Source: Octopus sinensis (Eukaryota). Taken from it: DNA of 64,000 nucleotides. A model generated the notes under the pieces. It had not been told where the DNA came from, made no database searches, and was given only the letters and a program-made list of their open reading frames with translations. The stretch covers positions 160,456,001-160,520,000 of the forward strand of contig NC_042997.1 of NCBI RefSeq assembly GCF_006345805.1, written 5' to 3'. Below, piece by piece: positions 13,001-24,308 of this stretch. Position numbers and translations under genes: made by a program. Positions within the stretch are counted from its first letter, which is position 1. The number at the start of each line of letters is the position of its first letter.

Positions 13001-13700
13001 AAGGAAGGGGTGTCCTGTATTGTTTGTGAATAGAGAAGTTGTGTTCGACCAGAGAGAATCTTAGCATCATCATTTTTTTTCCATGTGCGTTTGTGTTATT
13101 GCAATTAAAAGTGTTTGTATATTTCGTGTAAGGTAATATTGTGGAGGTTGAAGTTGACTTTTCTAGAGATGTTTGTATGTCCAGTTAGAAGAACAGGTGT
13201 GTTTTTGCAATAAAAAGTATATGTTTACATTTATATTTGAATATTCAGGGAGGAAGCAAAGAAAAGTCAGATTTTCATAGAAAGTTTTAGGGTTTTGAAA
13301 GTCCACAAAAAGAAAAGCGTGATGTTTTTAGAGAGAAGAAAAAAAAAAAAGGATGTTTACAGAGGCAATTGTGGGTATCAAAGTTTTTAAAGCTGGTCGA
13401 ATGTATGATTGAAAACTGTGGATATGTAAATTTGTAAATTTTCTTAACTTATTTTGAAGGGCTGTTCTCTATTATTTGTGAATAGAGAAGCTGTGTTCGA
13501 CCAGAGAGAATCTTAGCATCATTATTTTTTCCATGTGCGTTTGTGTTATTGCAATAAAAAGTGTTTGTATATTTCGTGCAAGGTAATATTGTGGAGGTTG
13601 AAGTTGACCCCTCTAGAGATGTTTGTATGTCCAATTAGAAGAACAGGTGTGTTTTTGCAATAAAAAGTATATGTTTACATTTATATTTGAATATTTACAT
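10028..13700 (-). mobile_element. R4/Dong-type RLE LINE, family B, copy 1 (RT deleted; long putative 5'UTR)
   Basis: ORFs 11690-12496, 10869-11600 and 10204-10947 (CRFC..HLISGC, RHD, KPDIVV). The RT core is missing at junction 10922/10923. The 5' limit is inferred from the next (TAA)n tract. Confidence 0.85.
13018..13695. repeat. ~225-bp direct repeat (13018-13245 and ~13471-13695)
   Basis: Near-identical blocks tttgtgaatagagaag...atgtttacatttatatttgaatatt. Confidence 0.85.
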
Positions 13701-13703
13701 TTA

Positions 13704-13778
<75 letters not shown>

Positions 13779-13828
13779 CATTATTATTATTATTATTATT
13801 ATTATTGTTATTATTATTATTATTATTA

Positions 13829-16800
13829 CTTTTTTTTTTTCTTTCAAATTTTCTTCCATTTCTGCCGAGTGTCTTCCCGACTCCTAGGGCAAAGAAACTC
13901 ATAGTGTATATTGGTAGGCCATTAAACCAAACTCAGTAGTTCGTTAATTTTTTTAATTTTTTTTTTTTTAAAGTTAAATTAAAATACATGAGCAGCACAG
14001 TTCTCACATCGACAATGCTCTTCTCAATACGTGTGATGTACCAGTTAAGACAATCTTTTGCACTTCTTGCAGGGATGGTAAGCAGGGATCATTCTCATAT
14101 AATTTTCGGTTCCTTTCTTGATCATTCCTAGTACTCCTACGATCACTGGTATTGTAACCGCCTTGAGATGCCACATTTTCTCAATTTCAATGAGTAGGTC
14201 TTTATATTTTCTGAGCTTGTCAAACTCTTTCGCTGAGATATTATGATCACAGGGGATGCTCATGTCGATCAATAAGCAAACTTTATTGTTTTGGTCTTTC
14301 ACAACAATATCTGGTTTATTGGCCTTGATGGTTCGGTCTGTATGTACTGGAAAGTCCCACAGAATGGTTACATTTTCTCCTTCAGTTACAGCCTCAGGGT
14401 GGTGATTATACCACTTGTCGGCAGTTTTGATATTGTAATGCCGACTTATTAGCCAGTGGAAATATTGGCCAACTCTGTCATGTCTTAATTTATACTCCAC
14501 TGGTGCTAAGACTTTACATCCAGAGATTAGGTGGTCCACTGTTTCAATCATGTCGTTGCAGAATCGGCATTTGGGTCTGCTCCATTTTTCATCACATTGG
14601 CCTGGTAGTTCCGGGTTAATAGGCTTTGGTCTTGAGCAGCCAGGATGAAATCTTCGCTCTCTGCTTTTAGCCCTGAGCTCCGCAGCCACTGATGGGTTTG
14701 CTTCTGGTCAACATCAGCTTGTTTGCTGCGGGTCACATATTTGCCGTGCAGAGGTTTCTCCTCCCACCTATCAGCCAATTGCTCGTGCGCTTTTTTCATT
14801 GCCATCATTTTCACCTTCTTTGCAACAATAGTTGCCGTACTTCCCTCGGGTTGTTCAGTTTGGGTATCCTGCACGAGATCAATAGCAAAGTTTTTGCTTT
14901 CCTTGATGATAGAATGAAGCTTCTTTCGTCTCTCGTGATTTTCCACGAGCTTTAGCATCCAGTCATTCGATTTTCGAGATATTTGGCCAGTCCAATTGTG
15001 GTTGTTTTGTAAGCTAGTTCAAATTGGATCAGGCCTCGACCTCCTTGGGCTCTGGGAAGGTAAAGGCGATCTACGTCTGCCTTTGGGTGGTGCATCCTAT
15101 TACAACTCAGCAGCATGCGTATTTTTCTATCTATATTCTTTACTTCACTCATATTCCAGTTCAACACATTGTAGCTATAAGTAACAACTGGAACTGCTAA
15201 GGAATTTATAGCTAACACCTTGTTACGTGCATTTAGTTCAGATTTCAGGACTGCACGAACTCTCCTATAACATTCCTTCCTGATTTTCTTTTCATGCTTC
15301 ATGCTGAATACCAGAGCCTTCATTTATCCCTAAATATTTGTATGTCTGTTCTTGCTCAAGCTCTCTTATGACTGTGTCAACATCTAACACGACTGAATTT
15401 GTGGTTTTCACTTTCCCTTCTGGAAAGTGGCCTTGGCACACTTCTCAAGTCCAAACTCCATCCCGATGTCATCGCTGAATGCTTTCACGGTGCGCAATAG
15501 GCCTTCAAGTTCATTATTGTCTTTACCATAAAGTTTAAGTCATCCATATAAAATAGATGGCTTATTTTTTTATTGGCAATTTTAAACCCATACCCTGTTC
15601 TGTTTAATTCACTTGTAAGGGGTATTAGGGCTATGCAGAATATTAAAGGTGAAAGTGAGTCACCTTGAAAAATTCCACAGTTGATGTTTATATTTTCTGA
15701 GGCATGTACTCCATTAGAGTGGTATAATTGGAGATTCGTATTCCACAACGACATATTGTGCTTCAGGAAGTTTGAAATCACAGGGGAAATTTTAAAGATG
15801 TCCAGCGATCTCAAGATCCATGGATGCGGTATACTGTCGAAGGCCTTTTTATAGTCAATCCATGCGGTGCTGAGATTTCTGCGCTTGTTGTGACAGTTCT
15901 CAAGGATCATACGATTGATTAGCAGTTGATCTTTGCATCCGTAAGAGCCTCGGCGGCACCCTTTTTGTTCAATGGGGAAAATATCGTTCTTCTCCATGAA
16001 TGCATATGTTTTCTCCGCCAGGATAGATGTTAGGATTTTATACGTGGTGGATAGACAGGTTATAGGCCGATAGTTTTTTGGAAGGTTGGTTTCGTTATTC
16101 TTTGGGTAGTAGGTAAGTAATGCCACTTGCTAACCATTCAGGTGTTTTCTTTGGGTCTCTCAAAATTCCATTGAGCAGCTGAACTAGCTTACCGTGTGCG
16201 CACGGGAGCGATGCGAGCCAGAAATTCGGTACCCTATCTTTACCGGGGGATTTCCAATTATGGGCCTTCGTGAGTGCCTTTCTTAGGTCTGCTATGTGAT
16301 GTCTTCCCATGCTGTGTTGTAAATTTTGGTAGGATCCTTCAGTTTGTATAATCCAGTCTGCATTTATGTTGTACGTCTTCTTGTCACTCCAAATTCTTCC
16401 CAAAAGTTTTGAACTTCTTCCATGGGAGGGGGGTCTTTAACGGTTACTTTCTCCTTCCTTATTCTCTGTAGAATTTTTTGGCATTGGATGTGAACAGCTT
16501 ATTTTGCTTGTAAAACTTGTTTCTCTTCTCAAATCTCCGTATTCTTTGGGCTTTTGCTTGGACTTTTTGTTTCAGCGTTTCTTTTATTGATATCAGTTCT
16601 TCTCTTGGTGAGGATCCAAATTTTCTCTTCATCTTTCTTCCTGTTCTGGATCTTACATCATTTCCACATATTAGTTCATTTAATATTGATATTTCCCCTC
16701 TCATAAATTCAATCTCTTTTTCAATTTTACTTCTCCAGGTTTGATTTCTTCCCAGGTTTTGTTTTCTTTGTTTTTTCGGGGGCATACAGCTGGTTTCAAT

Positions 16801-17522
16801 TGCCCTAGCAGAAGCGTAAATAATTTCATTTAACTCAGTAAAATCAGGTTTTTAATTCTCGTATTATTTCATTTGTTACATAGTTGCCAATTTGGATTTG
16901 TTTTTTATTTTGGTTTGTATTTGAGAGTTTATGAAGCGGTTCTCTATCATTCATACTTGTATGTCTTACAACTTCAAGCATATTCAGGATTTTCTGCCTC
17001 ATTTCTGCCATAGACTCTCTGTGTCTTCAGCAAATGCGAGATCTTCAGTTACTGTTGGTTTTTTCGTTTTCCTGGCTATCTTTAACAGGTACAATAGAAT
17101 TTCTTGTATCTTCAGACCTTTGCGTACTTTGGTCAGATGGCAGATTTCAATTAGCCTCGTGGCGGGCTATACTGTTCATCTGATTCTTCATTTCTGTGTG
17201 TCTTATATTTATGTCATTTTCCGTTGCGTGCTTGATCGCACTTATTTCACTGTCTGTGAGTCTGTTATTTCTAAAGATATCCCTCCTCACATTTGCTAAT
17301 TTGTTCTCGTCCAAATAGGGCCTACTGTCTTGATTCCGTGTTCTCCATATACTGTAAGAGTTTGCGGTGTGTCTCTCTTGAGATGGCCTACCTAATGCAT
17401 AGTAATAAGCGTATATTACTTCTTTATACTCTTCTCGGGTCCATTTGTTCCGCTTACATTTTTCTTTCTGTGGTGGTTGTGGTGGTGAACTTGGAGGGCT
17501 CGAGTTGGGGGATTTCCCGTTC

Positions 17523-17527
<5 letters not shown>
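13829..17527 (-). mobile_element. R4/Dong-type RLE LINE, family B, copy 2 (5'-truncated)
   Basis: Nearly identical to copy 1 but keeps the RT (YRPITCLS, GIFQGDSLSP, YMDD). Several frameshifts. (TAA)n on both sides. Confidence 0.92.
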
Positions 17528-17595
<68 letters not shown>

Positions 17596-18085
17596 GAGTG
17601 AGAGCGCAGTGCATGTCATGAAAATGACACTGGGATAAAATATACGAAGCCCAGTATACCCATCATAATTACCCGTCTGATAAGGGCAAACTAGGCACAT
17701 GCATCACAAACATATGTGCGCGACATGGTGATCTCATATCAAGATAAACAGCACATGACATGGTAGGTGGGGCCCATTTAGAATTTTCTTCTGATCGAGA
17801 AACCCATCCCGCTCAAAAGGTCCCTGAATAAGGGCTGTTTAAGAATGTTGAACGAAGCACCCATGTTTCCAAAGGTGAATTATTCAAACCCCAAAGACTC
17901 CCTCTCAACACATGGCTATGATGCTTCTCACTGCTTCCGCTCGTGATCAGAGATGCACATATCGTTAGCCTCCAAGGGACATGCTCAACTGGTTAAGGTC
18001 ATAAAATTGACTATCACATCTGTGGCATTGAGCAGAATATTTGTTGTAGCCCAACTTGAAACCATGAGTGCCACTCTCAGGTACA
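17596..18085. mobile_element. ~490-bp non-coding insertion in (TAA)n, probably a LINE 3'UTR or non-autonomous partner
   Basis: Complex sequence bounded sharply by (TTA)n on both sides. No recognisable coding motif. Confidence 0.5.
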
Positions 18086-18192
<107 letters not shown>

Positions 18193-18231
18193 CTATTACT
18201 ATTACTACTATTATTATTATTATTATTATTA

Positions 18232-18263
<32 letters not shown>

Positions 18264-18279
18264 CATCATCATCATCATA

Positions 18280-19400
18280 TATACACACAGAAGATATTAG
18301 CCTGTTTTAAAAGAAAAAAATCCTAACATCGAGCTACAAGTGACCTTAGATGTCAAGAACACTCCTAGTATCCTAGCTGTCCCTAATAACACTGTTTTCT
18401 GAAGCTGTACTAAACTGGCTTTTATGCCTGTTTCCTCTATCCATCTGTTCAGATCTACAGGGATAGTTCCCAATGCACCTATAACTAATGGAATACGTTT
18501 TACCTGCACTTTCCGTAGTTTCTGTAATTCTATGGATAGGAACTTGTACTTTGCTAATTTTTCTATATCTCTTACATTGAATTTTTCCTCAATTGGGACT
18601 GTGAAATCAATTATCTGGCACATTATATTCTCTTTATCTACCACTACTAAATCAAGCCTTCTAGCTTCTATTACTCTGTCAGATTGAATGTTAAATCCCC
18701 ACAACATCTTGTATTCCTTACTTTCTATTACTTTACTAGATTCATATTCATACTATATTTTAGTATGTTCAAATTCTAGCTTTCAACATAACTCCGAGTT
18801 GATTACTATACCTAGTTGTCACGTCTTTTCTTGTATTCTTTCTATGCCAGCATCCTACTTTCATTTACTATATCAGTAATGCTTTCCTCGTTTGATTTGC
18901 ATAAACTATACTGGGAATCTACTTGGATTTTTCTATCTTGGCTTTTATCCAATTAGTCCTTAGTACATGATTTTGTGCAGCTACTAACAAACTTTATGTC
19001 TCCCTTTTCAGCTTTTATTTCTGCAACCATAATCACGTCTTACTACTACTATTTGCTGCAACTATCTTTGGGAATCTATAATGCAACGCCTTCTCGTGCC
19101 AGTCAGATACTCCCTGTTTATTTTTCTCGTTTTTAAATTCGCTTGGGCTTTTGGATACCTTATGTGTTGCTGTGGTTGTAGCACTTTTCATAAATTTTCT
19201 TCACTATTATCTACATAGGAGTCCATACCTGCTCTAGCTATCTCCACGTAGTCTTCTACTGATATTAACTCTCTCATGCCTCTCTTTCTAGATAAGTATA
19301 ATCTTGCTACTCCTGCCCTTAGGTGGGGTCCTCTATTCAAATTCTTCTAGTTCTTTTGTTTAGCTGTGGTCATTCTGCATCTTTACTGATCCACTGCCGA
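18280..19400 (-). mobile_element. Older RLE LINE fragment (family C)
   Basis: ORF 18297-18707: WGFNIQSDRVIEARRLDLVVVDK..IIDFTVP..EKLAKYK..PLVIGALG..QKTVLLGTARIL (RLE domain). Confidence 0.85.
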
Positions 19401-20221
19401 GTGAGAGGCCTTCAGTTACAAGTTCAGCTTCATTTTCGCTGATACTACAAAAAGATTTCGTAAACTCCTGTCTCACATGAACTGAGGTAAAGTAACGTTC
19501 GTCACCGTCGTCAATCAGCTATAGTTGGAAATCATTTAAAAGACCAAAACTGCACTATGTCACTCGAAGTTCTCAAGATTGTGTTCATAAATGTGTTAAG
19601 TAAAACACAAGGTCTGAGTAACTGAAAAGAATTGAATGCGATGAAGAAGGGAAACTTTTACTACAAAATTAGAGTTGTTTGAGGTAAGAACAACAATCTG
19701 AATGTTCTTAAGTTAGAAAGGTGACATCTTTAAATTTTAATGATACAGTTACCTGTTTCCATACACGTTCATTAAAAGAGGTGAAGTATTAAAATACATG
19801 AGTTTAGCACCAGCTCATGAGTATACATTTATAACTTTGGAGGATAGAATATCAACTGGACACATTCTTTTGTGGAAATTTGATGAATAAGAGATTGTAA
19901 CACCTAATAAATTGGTGCATGGGTGTTGGACAAATTGCTCTTGAAAAGAAAATTCTGGAAAAGAATTCATTGAGAATATATAAACTAAACTGGGAGGGAA
20001 GTGACTATCAGTTTTACTTGACTACCAATTCAACTTGCTCATCAATTCAATTTGACTATCAATTCAACTACAGTTATAAATCAATCTCACTTAAGGTGTA
20101 TTGGGTAAGAGAAGATACCTCTAAGTCATATTACAGTTAATGGGGGTCAGAAATAGGGGTTCAGTTATTACTTTTCCAAAAGGCTTAACACATGAAATAT
20201 ATTTTCCTTGTCTTTCTAAAG

Positions 20222-20395
20222 CTGAATGTCCTACATCAGCCGGCTACACTTACCACCCAAAATTTAGATTGTGTTTTCGAGTAAGTACAAGTAAAACATC
20301 ATGGAATGACGCTGCAGACGATTGCAATATGGATCGAGGACAACTTATCCACGCGGAAAATAAAGAAATAATGGAGTATATACAGAAGGAATTGG
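20222..20395 (+). CDS. PAN/Apple + C-type lectin gene, exon 2 (N-terminal half of CTLD)
   Basis: Acceptor ttttccttgtctttctaaag| and donor G|GTGAGT, phase 1 at both ends, in frame with exons 1 and 3. Peptide ECPTSAGYTYHPKFRLCF...SWNDAADDC...GQLIH matches CTLD motifs CP..W..CY, WxxAxxxC and GxL. Confidence 0.88.
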
Positions 20396-20749
20396 GTGAG
20401 TAACATTTTACTATTTTATATACACTCTCCCTCACACAGAGCAAGCTCTCATTCTCTCTCTCCTTATGTATCTATCACACACACACACACACACACACAC
20501 ACACCATTCAAACGAAAATGTACGCAAGATATATCTAATATCAAACTATAAATGTTTTATGACATTCTTAATTTAAATTTTCGCAAATAAAACACGCAAA
20601 TATAATTCCGACTTTGGTCTAACCTTTTTTTCATTTGTACTCTCTACTCTGATTGTTTCGCTTACGATGACAAAATTCATAGGCTTTTGATAAAATACTG
20701 AATTTAATCATTTAATTTCACACATATATTGTTAAGGAATTATAGTATA

Positions 20750-21469
20750 CTAGCAGTATAGCTCGGCTTTGCTCGGGATTAAGTTAGTATTATTAAGCTA
20801 ATCAAGCTCTTTATTTCAAACCAAACTAACATCGACGTCAAATTTGAGCGAAATCCGTTGAAATTGGTAAACTTTTGGCTGAAAATGAGTTACAGACAAT
20901 ATGATTGGGAAATCCCATAAGCAATCGGTTTATCGGTTTTTGCCACTCATCGATTTTTGTGTTTTGTTTTTGGAGAACTTAAAGCATTCGAAGATCCCAC
21001 GAATCCTAAGTAATGCTGGCATCAAGTTTGAACAAAATGCATGAAAATTGGTAAAAGTTATGGCTGAAAATGTGGTGTAGCCAATTTTATTGGGGAATCC
21101 TCTAAGGAATCGGTTTATCGGGGTTTTTTTATCCTGATTAAATGGAAAACCCCATAAGGAATCAGTATATTGATTTTTTACCCCAAATAGAATTATTTTT
21201 ATACTTTAAATTTGGTTTTCACACCCAACACAGTTCTGCAGAATCAGTGTCGCGACGAGAGCGCATGGGTTGGGAGTTTGATCGGCAGAGGTGATCGGGT
21301 TGCACATACCAGCCTTTTGACCCCCCCCCCAATCGAAGTCCCCTTTGACCATGGGTTGGAAACCCTTCCAAGAAGTAAAATAGAATGCCCAAAAGGGCTC
21401 CCGATCCTCTGTGTCAGAAGCGGTTATGTTCAGATCACAACGAAGCCTTAAGTGTATATATATATATAT

Positions 21470-21526
<57 letters not shown>

Positions 21527-22334
21527 AGTATGGGCAACACACACACAAACATACACACACATACGTACACGTACTGCATACATGTTCGTGTGTGTGTTTG
21601 TGTGTGACTGAAGCCATTCACTCATACATACATAACAATCCCCCCCTCTCTCTCTCTCTGTCTCCACACACACTATCAAAACAACTCATACACACTACAC
21701 TTTCTGTGCTGCACACCGCATATTTGTGTGTGCGTGCGTGTTTGAAGGGGTGTTCAATACAGAAAGTGTAGTGCGTATGAGTTGATTTGTTAGTGTGTGT
21801 GAAGAGAGAGAGAGAGAGACGATAACAGATTTTTTATTTCGTTTTTAGTGATTGATTGACAGACAAAAAGAGAGGGAGTGAGAGAGGAGATGTTATGTAT
21901 ATATTTATGTGTAAATGGCTTCAGTCACACACACACACGAACATGTATGCGTACAAAAGACAGGTACGCAATAGGTGTACGTGCGTGTGTGTGTGTGTGT
22001 GTGTGTGTGTATGAGAGTGTTGCCCGTATATCAACAAAACACTTTTTTCTTCAATGGATAAAAAACAAGTCTTAGCAAAAACTTACTCGTCGCTCATATT
22101 TGCAAACAATGTTGAATTTCTCCGAGTTTAAAATTGTTTAAAGTTTTGGTTGAAAATTTATTTTTACCGATATTCGCTGGTGCCTCTGGGGAAAATAAGT
22201 TGACGAAATTACAGCTAGGATCAAGACGAATGTCCTCCTAAAATTAGAGCGACATTCGTGCTAATTTGTGGAGTGCATAAATTACATTCACGTACGCACA
22301 CGCACACACACACATCCTGCCTTATATATACAGA
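20750..22334 (-). mobile_element. Non-autonomous Helitron (possibly composite)
   Basis: The minus strand begins A|TC at 22334 and ends with hairpin cccgagcaaagccgag plus CTAG|T at 20750. Confidence 0.65.
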
Positions 22335-23035
22335 TTATATTATCATTTATTTTCAATGCATTACAAAGGAGAATCTGTTGCCCGTTAAAATTATGTTCTA
22401 CGTATTATACCTAAAAGTTTGAATGGATATTGAAAGAAAGGAAATATTTTGTGATATATCTTATTCGTTTACATTGTTTGAGATTTTAACAAATTTAATT
22501 TCAGTTTAATCAACGTTTAAATATTCAGGAATATCATTTAGACTAGGCCCTTTTCAATATTAAAAGGCGGCAACTTTATTACTTCGAATTTGGTATTTGT
22601 CCTACCTTCTAAGAGACACGTTAGTGACAATGTGAATATATTATCAACGAATAAATTTTGATTTTGGCTTTAATCAATACGCTGATTCTTATTGTAGAAC
22701 TCTAGAGTCGATTAAATTGCTCAACGATCTCATGAGTCATTCTGTGTAATTCCAATAAGATGAAAGTCTATATCCGTTTGTTTTAAATTTATATGTAAAC
22801 AGAGGTAATAAATAATTTACCTGCTATAATGGTTAGATAGCACCCTTCATTTGCCAATAATTTACTCCTTATTTTTTTGTATGTATATATTCACTATTTA
22901 CCGAGTATATTGACACAAACCTTTCAACAGTGTATTCACTATTTTACATCAAGCCATCAATAACTGGTGTACATATACATATACACGCATACACATACAT
23001 ACATATATATATTACACAACACTACCCCACTGAAT

Positions 23036-24308
23036 ATGGCCAATAATTTTCAAAAACGCCGCTGGGTTGAAAATGAAATTACTGCAATGATTAACGCTTG
23101 GTTCATCCATCACAACGAAGCTAATGTTTACAGTAAAATAACTGAGGATTTGACGAAAAAATCCTTTCACAGATCTGTAAAACAGATAGAAAAAAAATTA
23201 AAAGAAATTGTTAGGATATTCCCTATTTTTCACGCGCACATGGCTACACTAAAAGCCATTCTTGCCAACGAATCCAGTACCACAAATGACCAAATTCCAA
23301 CAGGTCAGGGGTCACTTCAACAGCAACAATCAACTGACCTACTTCCATTGTCAACAGCACCTGATGAACCAAGTCAAGTTTCACCTTCGCTACAGCAACA
23401 AAAACAACAACAACAACAACAACAACACTAATACTACCACTAGTCAAGTTCCAATGCTGCTACAACAAAAACAACTCTCCACTACTGCCACAATAGGAAA
23501 ATCACTACTACATCCGCGTAAAACTATCTGCCATTACTACTCTCAAGGCAGCTGCAGATTTGACCACATTCTGGCAAGCCAGAACCCACCATCACAAAAT
23601 CAACAAGCTGCTTCTAACACCACTGCTACTACTGCCAAAATAGAAAAACCACTACTACAACCAAATAGAACCCCCTGGCGTTACTATTCTAAAGGCCATT
23701 GTAGATTTGGCCCCAGCGGCACAAACAAAAATGGACGCTGTGCTTTTCCCCATCCGACCTTATGTCGTAGACTTGCTATGGGCACCTGTCCATACGGTAT
23801 AACAGGAAGAAATTGCCCCCACCTCCACCCCAAATACTGTCCTAAATACAGAATCTATGGTTCTGATCCTAAATACGGATGCATAAGAGGCAATGGATGC
23901 ACCTTATTCCATCCTAAACTGTGCCAAACTTCTGTCTCACAAAGGATGTGCCTGAACCCAGAATGCAACTACCACCATCTGAAGGGCACAAAACGATCAC
24001 AGAATAGATATAAACAGGAACAGAGGAAATCTAGGACAACAACAAGAACAAAATACAACCACGTTTCCCCTCCTGCAATCAAACAACGTAGACAGAACCA
24101 TGAAAAAACACCAAATAACGCCAACTTGAAATATGTATCTTGTGACCAAGTGGCAAACCAAACAAGTAACTCTTTTTTACTGACATACCTGGAAAATATG
24201 AAGGCCGACCTAAGCCAGGAGATCCAGCGAGCCATCACCAACCATCTATGCAAATCACAAGGACCACTCACCCATTACCAACTTCCCTTACCTCGACATT
24301 CCTGTTAA
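23036..24308 (+). pseudogene. LINE ORF1: Myb/SANT-like domain, Q-rich linker and tandem CCCH zinc fingers (one frameshift near 23425)
   Basis: RRWVENEITAMINAW...VYSKITEDL...HRSVKQIEKKLKEI, then fingers C-x7-C-x8-C-x3-H, C-x13-C-x5-C-x3-H and C-x8-C-x4-C-x3-H, plus two degenerate ones. Confidence 0.7.
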
